Assembly: GCA_963790645.1 (NCBI GenBank)
Contig: CAWBPS010000006.1
Span: 11,405-75,404, forward strand
From: Terriglobia bacterium
GTDB taxonomy: Bacteria; Acidobacteriota; Terriglobia; Terriglobales; Acidobacteriaceae
Direction of reading: 5' to 3'
DNA length: 64,000 bases
Position numbers and translations under genes: made by a program. Numbering within the stretch: the stretch's first letter is position 1; each line of letters starts with the position of its first letter. Below the pieces are notes generated by a model. The model was not told the origin of the DNA, did no database searches, and worked only from the letters and a program-made list of their open reading frames with translations. Below, one piece after another: positions 44,782 through 53,350 of the stretch.

Positions 44782-46301
44782 GCACGTTTTCCGGCGGCAG
44801 CGTTGGACGACTTGCAGTCGTATCCAGCCTCGCGCAGGATTCTCTGCGCGACTTCCACATCGTCAAAAGGAACGGACCCGTCCCGCGTAATCTGAAACTT
44901 CTCGTGACCTTTGCCCGCGATCAGCACGATATCTCCTGGGTCCGCTTCGCGGACCGCCAGGGCAATGGCAGCCTTGCGGTCAGGCTCAGTCTTATATTTT
45001 GTGCCCGAGCGTTGCAGTCCAACCATGGCGTCGTTAATGATGGCAAGTGGATCTTCGCTGCGCGGATTGTCCGAGGTCATGATTACGAAATCGCTGCCCC
45101 GCCCGGCCGCCTCACCCATTAACGGACGCTTGGCCCGGTCGCGATCGCCGCCACAGCCGAACACCGTGATCACCTTGCCCTTCTGTCCCGCCTGCTGAAC
45201 GAATTCCCGCGCCAGGGCGGTCAGGTTGCGCAGAGCGTCGTCGGTATGAGCATAGTCCACGACCACGGTAAAGGGCTGCAGGCAGTCCACCCGTTCAAAG
45301 CGGCCCGGGACGCGGGTAAGCGCCGCTACACCCTGCGCGATTTCCTCCGGCGTGCAGCTCCGTAAATAGGCCGCACCCGCTGCCGCCAGGATGTTGTACA
45401 CATTCACTTTTCCAATGAGCGGAGAAAACAGCGGAATGGTTTCCTTTGCGCCCACCAGATCGAACCTGGTTCCCCGCGGGGTAATTTCGACTTTCTCGGC
45501 ATGGAAGTCGCCCTTGCTCAGCCCATAGGTCAATACTTCGGAACTGCGCTTCCTGCTGATCTGCACCAGCTTCTGACCGTACTCATCGTCGCCGTTGAGC
45601 ACGGCCGTGCGAGGCGGCTCCGTGCCGCAGCCTTCGAACAATACCTGCTTGGAGAGAAAATACTCTTCCATGGTGCGGTGATAATCGAGGTGGTCGCGGG
45701 TCAGGTTGGTGAAGACGGCGACGTCGAATGGAATCCCGTAAACCCGCTGCTGCTCCAGCGCGTGCGAGGAAACTTCCATCACGGCTTCGGTTGTGCCCTG
45801 GCCCAGAGCCTGGTTCAGAATGCGATTCAGTTCCAGCGCTTCGGGAGTGGTGTGCGGCGCCGGAAGAGTTTTTCCGGCAACGTGATATTCGATGGTCCCG
45901 ACCAGCGCGCTCTTGCGCTCCGCGGCGGTAAGAATGGCCTCGAGCAGAAATGCAGTCGTGCTTTTCCCGTTCGTGCCGGTAATGCCGGTGATGGCCAGCC
46001 GCTCGGCCGGCTTCTTGTAGAAATTGGCGCTGAGCCGCGCCAGCGCCCGGCGTCCGTGCGGCACCTGGGCCCAGGCCACGTCCGGGCGGCGCTTTTCAGT
46101 TGCGGAGTCGGTGACGATCGCAACCGCCCCTGCCGCGATCGCCTGATCGATGAACTTATTCCCATCCCTCGACTCGCCCTGCATGGCGACAAAGGCATCG
46201 CCCGGCTTGATCCGGCGTGAGTCATACTCCAGGCCGCCGATACCGGGGTTGCCGGTCTGCGAAAGCACTTCCGCGCCGTACAGGAGTTCGAGGAAAGTCA
46301 T
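44778..46301 (-). CDS. murE: UDP-N-acetylmuramoyl-L-alanyl-D-glutamate--2,6-diaminopimelate ligase
   Basis: ITGITGTNGKSTTA, DYAHTDDAL, FGCGGDRDRAKRP, TSDNPRSEDP. ATG at 46301 (MTFLELL) chosen. Confidence 0.95.
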   Translation of the reverse strand: MTFLELLYGAEVLSQTGNPGIGGLEYDSRRIKPGDAFVAMQGESRDGNKFIDQAIAAGAVAIVTDSATEKRRPDVAWAQVPHGRRALARLSANFYKKPAERLAITGITGTNGKSTTAFLLEAILTAAERKSALVGTIEYHVAGKTLPAPHTTPEALELNRILNQALGQGTTEAVMEVSSHALEQQRVYGIPFDVAVFTNLTRDHLDYHRTMEEYFLSKQVLFEGCGTEPPRTAVLNGDDEYGQKLVQISRKRSSEVLTYGLSKGDFHAEKVEITPRGTRFDLVGAKETIPLFSPLIGKVNVYNILAAAGAAYLRSCTPEEIAQGVAALTRVPGRFERVDCLQPFTVVVDYAHTDDALRNLTALAREFVQQAGQKGKVITVFGCGGDRDRAKRPLMGEAAGRGSDFVIMTSDNPRSEDPLAIINDAMVGLQRSGTKYKTEPDRKAAIALAVREADPGDIVLIAGKGHEKFQITRDGSVPFDDVEVAQRILREAGYDCKSSNAAAGKRA

Positions 46302-46370
46302 TGTTCTGGATTCTAGAGCACTGGGGCGCTTACGCAAGTGTGATCCCAGGGGCAATCGTGAAGCGAAAGT

Positions 46371-46516
46371 GTCATCCTGAGCGAAGCTGAAGGTTTCGCT
46401 TGCGAAACGTTCAGCGGAGTCGAAGGACCCCTACCCACACGTACTACAGTTACCAAGGGGTCCTTCGACTGCATGTGAGGCCCGCAAGGCGGGCCTCACA
46501 CTTCGCTCAGGATGAC
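46371..46516. repeat. Family C cruciform element, copy C3 (ftsI-murE junction)
   Basis: The element reads GTCATCCTGAGCG..GAGTCGAAGGACCCCTA ... AAGGGGTCCTTCGAC..CGCTCAGGATGAC. Confidence 0.9.
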
Positions 46517-46550
46517 GACGATTGCCAGGTTGTCATGACGGCGATCGCGT

Positions 46551-48740
46551 TCACCGGCCGAACTTCACCGTCACCTGCGAGCCTGACGCTACGTGCGAAC
46601 CGGGCGGGGGCGACTGTTCCCGGGCCAGGCCGCTGCCCACCACATCCAGGTCCAATCCGCTTTCCTGGGCCATCTCGATGGCGGCCCGGACGCTCTTTCC
46701 CAGAAACGATGGGACTGCAATTCCACCTTGCTCCACGTCCAGCACCACCGTGCCGCTCGACGGAAGACGAACCGGAAGTGGCGTCGCTGCTGGTTTGTCT
46801 TCCGGCATGGCATTTTGCTTTTGCTCGGGAACGGCCGGTTCGGGCTGGCGCATGGCTGCGGGCATCACAACGCTGGCGGTTACGTTGGGCGAGGAGGGCG
46901 CGGACGCGACGGCCGGTTGGTCCCTGGCATCGGCCGGCGGAATATCGGATGCATCCAGCGTTTCGCCCAGGCGGTCCGGCGATCCTTCTTCGACATCCTG
47001 GTCTTTTACCCTCCGCTCCGCCAGCAGGACCTGGCGGCTGGGCGGCAACTCAACGTCGTGGGGCGTGTGTAGATATTCCAGGACTTGCTGCGTGACCCTC
47101 TGGAACACAGGCGCGGAAACCTGTCCACCCTGATGCAGGCCCACTGCGGAATCCAGAATTACCGCCACCGTAATCGCCGGGTCATTGATTGGAGCGAATC
47201 CGGCGAACGACGCCACGTACTTGGTGTGCGAATAAGCATGAGTGGACGGATCAACTTTCTGCGCGGTCCCGGTTTTTCCCGCCGAGCTATAACCCTCGAG
47301 AATGGCCTTCTTCCCGGTGCCGTGCAGGACCACTCCCTGCATCATCTGTTTCATCTGCGCTGCGGTCATCGGAGAGATCACCCGACGCTGCACTCCGGGA
47401 TGAAAGGCCACCATCTGTGGAGTGCCCTGCGGTTCGGTGGTCCCGGCCACGATTCGCGGCGCCACCCAGATGCCATCATTGGCGATGGTCGAAATCATGG
47501 CCACCAACTGTAGCGGCGTCACTCCAATCTCCTGCCCCATAGAGATGGCGCCAATGGACACCTTGGACCAGCGATTCAGCGGCTTGGAAAGACCACGGGT
47601 CTCGCCGGGCAGTTCAATGCCCGTGTGCTGCCCGAAACCGAAGGCGCGAATGTACTTGTAAAAGCGCTCCTCGCCCAGGCGCAGCGCGATCTTGATCGCG
47701 CCCACGTCGCTCGATTCGGCCAGAATGCCGGCCACCGAAAGCAGTCCGTGAGGCTTGCTGTCCCGAATCCGCATGCCGTTGATCACGATCGAACCCATCT
47801 GGCAGTCAAACACCTCACTGGGATGGGTCAATTTTTCTTCCAGCGCGGCCGCGATGGTGACTACCTTGAAGGTCGATCCCGGCTCGTACACGTCGCTCAC
47901 GGCGTGGTCTTTTAATTTTTGCGGTGTGATGTCGCGGGCCAGGTTGGGATTGAAGGTGGGACGATTGGCGAGGGCCAGGATCTCTCCGGTTTTCGGGTTT
48001 TCCACCACCACCGTGCCCGACTCGGCATGGGTCTCCCGCATCGCGGTTTCCAGTTCGCGTTCCGCAATGTACTGGATTTTTTCGTCGATGGTCAGAACCA
48101 CATTTTCGCCGGGATCAGGTTGCTTCTCCACGCTGCCGAACCATTTGCGGCGGGCATCGACTGAGATCAACATGCGGCCGGGCTTGCCGCGCAGTTCGTC
48201 ATCATCCGCGCGTTCGATCCCGCTCAGACCCTCGTCGTCCATGCCGACATAGCCCAGCACCTGGGCCGCCAGTTCACGTTTGGGATAGAAGCGCTTGGAT
48301 TCTTTCTGGAAATAAATGCCGCGCAGATTCATGGACCGGATGCGGTCGGCGGTTTCCGCGTCCGCCTTGCGCGCCAGCCAGCAGAAGGTGCGGGCGGCCT
48401 TGCATCGGGCCAGCAATTCGCGCGGATCATCCCGGGTGATGCGGGCCACCAGGGAGATGGTCCCGGCCAGGTCGGGAATGTCGGCGGGCACCGCGAATAC
48501 AGAATCCACGGAGATGGACATGGCCAGTTCTCGGCCGGCGCGATCGTAGATGACTCCACGCTTGGCAGCGACTTCGGTGGTGCGCTGCTGCTGGCGCTGC
48601 GCTCTCTGCTCGAAATCGCCGTAGCGGAAGATCTGCAGATAGACCAGGCGCAGGCTGATGGCGCCGGCCCACAGCACCAGGATTGCCCCCAGAAGGTAGA
48701 GTCGTTTATTCGCGCTATTACGGGGTGAGTTCGTTGCCAC
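46551..48740 (-). CDS. ftsI: Penicillin-binding protein FtsI/PBP3-type transpeptidase with C-terminal PASTA domain
   Basis: N-terminal TM helix, PBP dimer domain, and transpeptidase motifs (STFK, SSD, KTGT). A Pro/Ala-rich linker is followed by a PASTA-like VPSFLGKSVRAAIEMAQESGLDLDVVGSG...GSQVTVKFG. Confidence 0.9.
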   Translation of the reverse strand: MATNSPRNSANKRLYLLGAILVLWAGAISLRLVYLQIFRYGDFEQRAQRQQQRTTEVAAKRGVIYDRAGRELAMSISVDSVFAVPADIPDLAGTISLVARITRDDPRELLARCKAARTFCWLARKADAETADRIRSMNLRGIYFQKESKRFYPKRELAAQVLGYVGMDDEGLSGIERADDDELRGKPGRMLISVDARRKWFGSVEKQPDPGENVVLTIDEKIQYIAERELETAMRETHAESGTVVVENPKTGEILALANRPTFNPNLARDITPQKLKDHAVSDVYEPGSTFKVVTIAAALEEKLTHPSEVFDCQMGSIVINGMRIRDSKPHGLLSVAGILAESSDVGAIKIALRLGEERFYKYIRAFGFGQHTGIELPGETRGLSKPLNRWSKVSIGAISMGQEIGVTPLQLVAMISTIANDGIWVAPRIVAGTTEPQGTPQMVAFHPGVQRRVISPMTAAQMKQMMQGVVLHGTGKKAILEGYSSAGKTGTAQKVDPSTHAYSHTKYVASFAGFAPINDPAITVAVILDSAVGLHQGGQVSAPVFQRVTQQVLEYLHTPHDVELPPSRQVLLAERRVKDQDVEEGSPDRLGETLDASDIPPADARDQPAVASAPSSPNVTASVVMPAAMRQPEPAVPEQKQNAMPEDKPAATPLPVRLPSSGTVVLDVEQGGIAVPSFLGKSVRAAIEMAQESGLDLDVVGSGLAREQSPPPGSHVASGSQVTVKFGR

Positions 48741-48802
48741 GGTCCAGGCCCCTTAGACAAACATGGCGGCCCACCGTTGCGGGAGCCGCCAATCGGACTC
48801 TT

Positions 48803-48876
48803 GTAGCGCCGGCGTCTCGCCGGCTGTCTGGCGGGCGTCCCGCCCGCCAATCGGGCCGACCGGAGGGCAGCAGTAC
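48803..48876. repeat. Family F element, copy F1
   Basis: GTAGCGCCGGCGTCTCGCCGGCTGTCTGGCGGGCGTCCCGCCCGCCAATCGGGCCGACCGGAGG... It is a direct repeat of 49735-49808. Confidence 0.85.
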
Positions 48877-48902
48877 TTGAAGATCCGGCCGGTCGTGCTT
48901 CC

Positions 48903-49358
48903 CTATCGTGCCGAAACCACCGAGACCGGAGTCACGCTGGCCAGCACCGGCGTTGCGGCGTCCGGTGAAACCGTATCCATGTGCATCACCTGGCCGGCTT
49001 GCGGGGATTGCAGTCCCAGCTTCCGCGCCAGCATATCAATGCGCTCGGGATCGCGCAGTGAGGCTTCTTCCAGGCGCAGAGCGCGGTTCACCTCGGCGAG
49101 GCCGTCGCGCTGCACCCTGAGTGCTTCGATCTTGTAGCCGTATTCAATGGCTTTGAAATGCTGCCAGGCAAAAGTCATCACCAGCAGGAACAGGCAGCCC
49201 AGAGCAACTCCAAATTGTTTCATTTCGCGGCTGCGCTGCGGGTCCTCCACTTTCACCAGGCGTGAATTATCGATCGGCTTGGCGAAATAAATCTCGGGAG
49301 TTCCCGTCCAGGAGCGTTTAGGCCGCACGACCGGAGCTGCGCACTGCGCCGCCGCCAT
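48903..49358 (-). CDS. ftsL: Cell division protein FtsL-like
   Basis: Single TM helix (FGVALGCLFLLVMTFAW) followed by a coiled-coil region (IEALRVQRDGLAEVNRALRLEEASL). It lies at the dcw position upstream of ftsI. Confidence 0.7.
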   Translation of the reverse strand: MAAAQCAAPVVRPKRSWTGTPEIYFAKPIDNSRLVKVEDPQRSREMKQFGVALGCLFLLVMTFAWQHFKAIEYGYKIEALRVQRDGLAEVNRALRLEEASLRDPERIDMLARKLGLQSPQAGQVMHMDTVSPDAATPVLASVTPVSVVSAR

Positions 49359-49559
49359 CTATGCCACCCCAGCCAGACTGGATTCGAATTGCGCAACTTC
49401 CTGTTGCGCCACCGCATACCAGTAGGCAAGTTTCTCTTCCTGGGAGCGCGTGTCCTGCAGCAGCATGTCGGACCGCACTTCGGTCCGGGCTTCAGTTCGC
49501 TCCACCGTGGCAATCAGTTCGTCGATCAGTGTTCCTGTGTACGTCGTTGCTCGGTACAT
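49359..49559 (-). CDS. Small acidic hypothetical protein (66 aa) translationally coupled to ftsL
   Basis: ATG at 49559 lies 7 nt after GGAGG. The TAG stop abuts the ftsL ATG (TAGATG). The ORF track extension to 49694 has no support. Confidence 0.5.
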   Translation of the reverse strand: MYRATTYTGTLIDELIATVERTEARTEVRSDMLLQDTRSQEEKLAYWYAVAQQEVAQFESSLAGVA

Positions 49560-49572
49560 CTGTGGCCTCCGT

Positions 49573-49657
49573 TCTACCTTCCCATCTCTCCGGGACGGCA
49601 CCGAAGAAGGTAGAGAGTTGTGTTTCGCCCTTGTTGTGAGAGGCGATGCCGTCCCGG
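49573..49657 (-). promoter_or_regulatory. Pseudoknot-capable leader upstream of the small ORF and ftsL
   Basis: On the mRNA strand, S1 is CCGGGACGGCA/TGCCGTCCCGG (11 bp) and S2 is TCTACCTTC/GAAGGTAGA (9 bp). They are interleaved in the order S1a-S2a-S1b-S2b. S2b ends 3 nt before the GGAGG. Confidence 0.3.
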
Positions 49658-49734
49658 AACTTGTCTTGCCAAATTCACCCCGGCGCGCACTCACGTCCGT
49701 ACCGGGTTCCCGGCAGGTTTTCCGGGTAAACTTT

Positions 49735-49808
49735 GTAGCGCCGGCGTCTCGCCGGCTGTCCGGCGGGCGTCCCGCCCGCCTATCGGGCCGGCCGGAGGCC
49801 GGCGCTAC
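49735..49808. repeat. Family F element, copy F2
   Basis: GTAGCGCCGGCGTCTCGCCGGCTGTCCGGCGGGCGTCCCGCCCGCCTATCGGGCCGGCCGGAGGCCGGCGCTAC. It abuts the rsmH TAG stop. Confidence 0.85.
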
Positions 49809-50744
49809 CTAAATTCTCTCCGCCGCTCGCATCTTCGCGCTGCGCGCCCGCGGATTGCGTTCGATCTCTTCTTCCCCGGCGGTCACTGGCTTTTTGGTCA
49901 GCAACTTGTAGTGACCCTGCTTCGCGCCTTCGCGGAAGGCATCTTTCACGATGCGGTCCTCCAGCGAGTGGAAACTGATGATCACTATCCTTCCGCCTGC
50001 TTTCAGCACTCGCGGGGCCGCTTTCAGCAACTCCTGCAAGTCGTCCAGTTCATGGTTTACGAAGATTCGGAGAGCTTGAAAGGTCCTTGTCGCGGGATGA
50101 ATTCTTCTTTCCGCCTGATTCATTGGCCGGGCCGCGGCCGATACCACAGCTGCAAGTTCCGCAGTTGTACGTATTGGCCGCGACCGGACAATGGCTCTGG
50201 CGATTCTCCGCGACCTCCTTTCCTCACCGAATTCGTAAATCAGATTGGCGAGTGTGACCTCGTCCGTCTGATTTACCACTTGTTCGGCGGTGGGCCCGGC
50301 TTGCGTATTCATTCGCATGTCGAGCGCGCCTTCCGCCTGAAAGCTAAAGCCTCGCGATGGTGTGTCCAGCTGCAGGCTGCTTACGCCGAGGTCTGCCAGC
50401 AGTCCGTCGGCTGACGCCGCGCCGAACCGCTCTCCGATCTCCGCGAAGGAACCATGCAGAAGAACCACTTCAGGCCAACCCTCCCCCCCGGAAGAAGTCA
50501 GCCTGACGCGGGCCTCATCGAGCGCCGCAGGGTCCTTATCGAGCCCAATCAAATGACCCGGTGCGCCGAGGCGTTTTGCGATTTCTAAACTGTGCCCGCC
50601 CAGGCCCACCGTGGCGTCGATATACGTCCCGCCGCGCTGGATAGCTAAAAAGTCGATCGCTTCTTTTAAAAGAACCGGGACATGGCCACTCTTGTTTCCA
50701 CCATGTCCACCCCGCTCGGGGGTGTTTGTTGAACCCTCGTCCAC
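49809..50744 (-). CDS. rsmH: 16S rRNA (cytosine1402-N4)-methyltransferase
   Basis: HVPVLLKEAIDFL, DATVGLGGHS, DLGVSSLQLD, ISFHSLEDRIVK. Confidence 0.95.
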   Translation of the reverse strand: MDEGSTNTPERGGHGGNKSGHVPVLLKEAIDFLAIQRGGTYIDATVGLGGHSLEIAKRLGAPGHLIGLDKDPAALDEARVRLTSSGGEGWPEVVLLHGSFAEIGERFGAASADGLLADLGVSSLQLDTPSRGFSFQAEGALDMRMNTQAGPTAEQVVNQTDEVTLANLIYEFGEERRSRRIARAIVRSRPIRTTAELAAVVSAAARPMNQAERRIHPATRTFQALRIFVNHELDDLQELLKAAPRVLKAGGRIVIISFHSLEDRIVKDAFREGAKQGHYKLLTKKPVTAGEEEIERNPRARSAKMRAAERI

Positions 50745-51184
50745 TAGATGCCCAGATCGTCGAGCGTCTTCTCATCCTCAGGCGTGAACGCTTGCTCCTC
50801 AATCTCCGCGCGATACCCTTCCAGATTGCGAACCACGAGATGGCTGAGATTGCCGGTCACCGCGACTTCCCCTTTGAGCTGCGCCGCTTCCCGCAATAGC
50901 TGCGGTAACAGCAGCCGCCCCTGACCATCCATCTCCACCATTTGCCCGTAGTAGTTCACCCGATCCAGAAACTTTTTCTTCGTAGGATTGAAAGTGGAGA
51001 GCCCGGCCAGCTTCTGCTCGATCCGTTCCCATTCCTCGAAGGGATACACCTGGCCAACCTTGCCATCCAGGCTCGTGATGTAAAATTGGGTGCTGTACTT
51101 CTCGTCGATCACCCGTTTGAACTCCGCGGGGACCTTGAGCCGTCCTTTTTCGTCCACGCGAGTTGGGTGATTGCCGCGAAACAT
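50744..51184 (-). CDS. mraZ: Transcriptional regulator MraZ
   Basis: MFRGNHPTRVDEKGRLKVPAEFK plus a second DxxGR motif (MDGQGRLLLP). 1-nt overlap with the rsmH start. Confidence 0.95.
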   Translation of the reverse strand: MFRGNHPTRVDEKGRLKVPAEFKRVIDEKYSTQFYITSLDGKVGQVYPFEEWERIEQKLAGLSTFNPTKKKFLDRVNYYGQMVEMDGQGRLLLPQLLREAAQLKGEVAVTGNLSHLVVRNLEGYRAEIEEQAFTPEDEKTLDDLGI

Positions 51185-51365
51185 GTGTTCTGCCCCTTAG
51201 GGCGGGTAAACTTTTAAAAACGAGTGCTGCCACAGCGAGGGAGGTAAAAGCGGTCAAAATGGCCGTAGTATCTGGTTCGTTCGGGCTGTTTTTTGGGGTG
51301 TCAGCTACAAAATCCACTGGCGCCTCTCAAAGTTCCAACGCTGCCCACGACCGCTACCGTCTAGA

Positions 51366-51417
51366 CCACTTTCTACCACATTTGTCCACATCCTACGCCT
51401 AAAGCATTTGTTGTCAA
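51366..51417 (-). promoter_or_regulatory. Candidate dcw (Pmra) promoter with three phased GTGG boxes (MraZ operator-like)
   Basis: On the minus strand the sequence is TTGACA (51417-51412), a 16-nt spacer, TAGGAT (51395-51390), then GTGG at 51389, 51379 and 51369 with exact 10-nt spacing. Confidence 0.5.
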
Positions 51418-51685
51418 TGAGAAAGTTATAGGTAGCTATGGGGAGAGATGAGGTCTTTTCGAAAGCGCGATTAGTTGTGGCTAACTGAATTGATGACCAC
51501 AATGGGTATGGTTTAGGAATCTGGTTCCGCTGTCGCTACCCGATTAATTTCAACACCAGCCAGCCTCTATTTAAGTGGAAATCCTGTGGAAAAACACCGT
51601 CCGAAGGAGAACGTGTGGTCGCGGGCGACTCGCCCGCGAGGCTTTGACTCTTTGCCGAGACAAAGCAGAGAACCGCAGCGGAACA

Positions 51686-52729
51686 TCAATAGACGGAATT
51701 GCCCTGTTGGGTGGTGCGGATCACTCCACTCTCAACCGTGATGGAGTAGGCGTTACCTCCGTCGCCCGTCCAGGTCTTCAAATCAAAATGTGCTCCGGCG
51801 GGAGCGTGGTATGCGGAAATGTTGCGGATGGTGAGCGGAACATTGGGTTTACAAACCTGTGGCGCCGCGTTGACCTGCAGGAAGTAGGCGCCTTTGCCGG
51901 ACCCGATCACGGTACCCTTTCCATCGGGTTCTACGAGCACTGCGGACTTCTCGTCGAGGGCAACTTCGCGCGGGGCCTTCGACCAACCGTCCTGCACCAG
52001 GCGTGACAGAAAAACCAGTGTCCGTCCCATGCGGTCGCGTTTGGCGAAGTGGCTGTCGGTGAGAGTGTTTTCCAGGTTCGGCACTTTGAGAAAATCGCGG
52101 ACCAGCGTCATCCGTTCATGGTAGGGGTTGGGCAGCACGTCGGCTGAAGCAAGGTCGTTGTCGTCTGCCTTGTCTTGCAATGCGCCGTAGGCGAACTCGC
52201 TCAGCACGGCGAGGCCGGCGCTGGTGCCACCGATGGGCTTCCCGTCCGCGATATTCGCATTGATGGCATCCTGCACCGGCGTGCCCTGCCAGAAGTTGAC
52301 GTAGCGAGACTGGTCGCCGCCGGCAATGAAGACCGCTTCGGCATGCCGGATGATATCGGCAACCGCGGGCTCCTGGGCCGCGTTGCGATCAGGGATGATC
52401 AGCGTGGCCACCGAGTTGAGCGCGCACAAGCCGTTGATGTAGGAGTTGTAGTCGTCGTCACCGCGCGCCCGCAGTATCAGAAAATCGCCGCCGTTTGCCT
52501 TCCGGCACAGCCAGAGAAAGGCCTCGTCAAGGTCATCGCCGCCGCCCATCATCGCCGTACCTGCCGCCGGAATCGCTACGCTGTCAGCATTTTTCCCCAG
52601 TCGAATGTATTGATACGAAGCGGCCGCTGCCGCGCTGGAGAAAAGGAGTATGGTCAGGAGAAGAAACAGAATCGTGGTCCGGGCGCTCTTCGGAGAAACG
52701 ATCCGTGGGGACATGGGTTTGGCGGACAT
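51686..52729 (-). CDS. Peptidase S51 / cyanophycinase-like type 1 glutamine-amidotransferase-like protein, secreted
   Basis: Signal peptide, then FIAGGDQSRY...KPIGGTSAGLAVL (nucleophile-elbow Ser). The start is uncertain (52729 or 52714). Confidence 0.7.
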   Translation of the reverse strand: MSAKPMSPRIVSPKSARTTILFLLLTILLFSSAAAAASYQYIRLGKNADSVAIPAAGTAMMGGGDDLDEAFLWLCRKANGGDFLILRARGDDDYNSYINGLCALNSVATLIIPDRNAAQEPAVADIIRHAEAVFIAGGDQSRYVNFWQGTPVQDAINANIADGKPIGGTSAGLAVLSEFAYGALQDKADDNDLASADVLPNPYHERMTLVRDFLKVPNLENTLTDSHFAKRDRMGRTLVFLSRLVQDGWSKAPREVALDEKSAVLVEPDGKGTVIGSGKGAYFLQVNAAPQVCKPNVPLTIRNISAYHAPAGAHFDLKTWTGDGGNAYSITVESGVIRTTQQGNSVY

Positions 52730-52819
52730 GCGGCCCGGACAATTTATCGCGCTCCGGTTCTGTCCGTCCACTATTTCACTGCGCGCTATGGCGGCATTTT
52801 GTTACGTGGCCCGAATAGT

Positions 52820-53350
52820 ATGGTCCATCTGGCACAGTTCGAACAATGGGTGCCGGTCCCGATTGAGCGGGTCTTTCTCTTCTTTGCCAATCCCGGAAAC
52901 CTGCAACGGATCATGCCGCCGCGCACTGGCACTGAACTCGTCCGGCTGAAACTGGTGCCGCCTCCCGGGATCGCGGAGGAACGAGCAACTATCACCGACC
53001 GGCCCCCTTTGGCCGGCGCCGGTTCTGAAATTGTTACTTCGTTTCGCCTGGTTCCCTTCCTTCCCTTTCGTGCCCACTGGATCGCCCTGATCACTGAATT
53101 TGAATGGAACCACCATTTTGCCGACGTGCAAAAGAAGGGGCCGTTCAAGAGTTTTCATCATCGTCACGAACTCACCAGCGAAACGCGAAACCAAGTCAAG
53201 GGAACCGTGATACGCGACGTGATCGAATACGACGTTGGATTTGGATGGCTGGGCGAGCTGGCACAGAAGCTTTTCGTCAGCCGCCAGTTGCAGCAGACAT
53301 TTGCGTATCGGCAAAAAGCATTGGAGAAGCTGCTGGGAAATAAAATGTAG
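52820..53350 (+). CDS. SRPBCC-family (cyclase/dehydrase-like) protein
   Basis: MVHLAQFEQWVPVPIERVFLFFANPGNL...FKSFHHRHEL. The ORF track extension to 52175 is antisense shadow. Confidence 0.8.
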   Translation: MVHLAQFEQWVPVPIERVFLFFANPGNLQRIMPPRTGTELVRLKLVPPPGIAEERATITDRPPLAGAGSEIVTSFRLVPFLPFRAHWIALITEFEWNHHFADVQKKGPFKSFHHRHELTSETRNQVKGTVIRDVIEYDVGFGWLGELAQKLFVSRQLQQTFAYRQKALEKLLGNKM

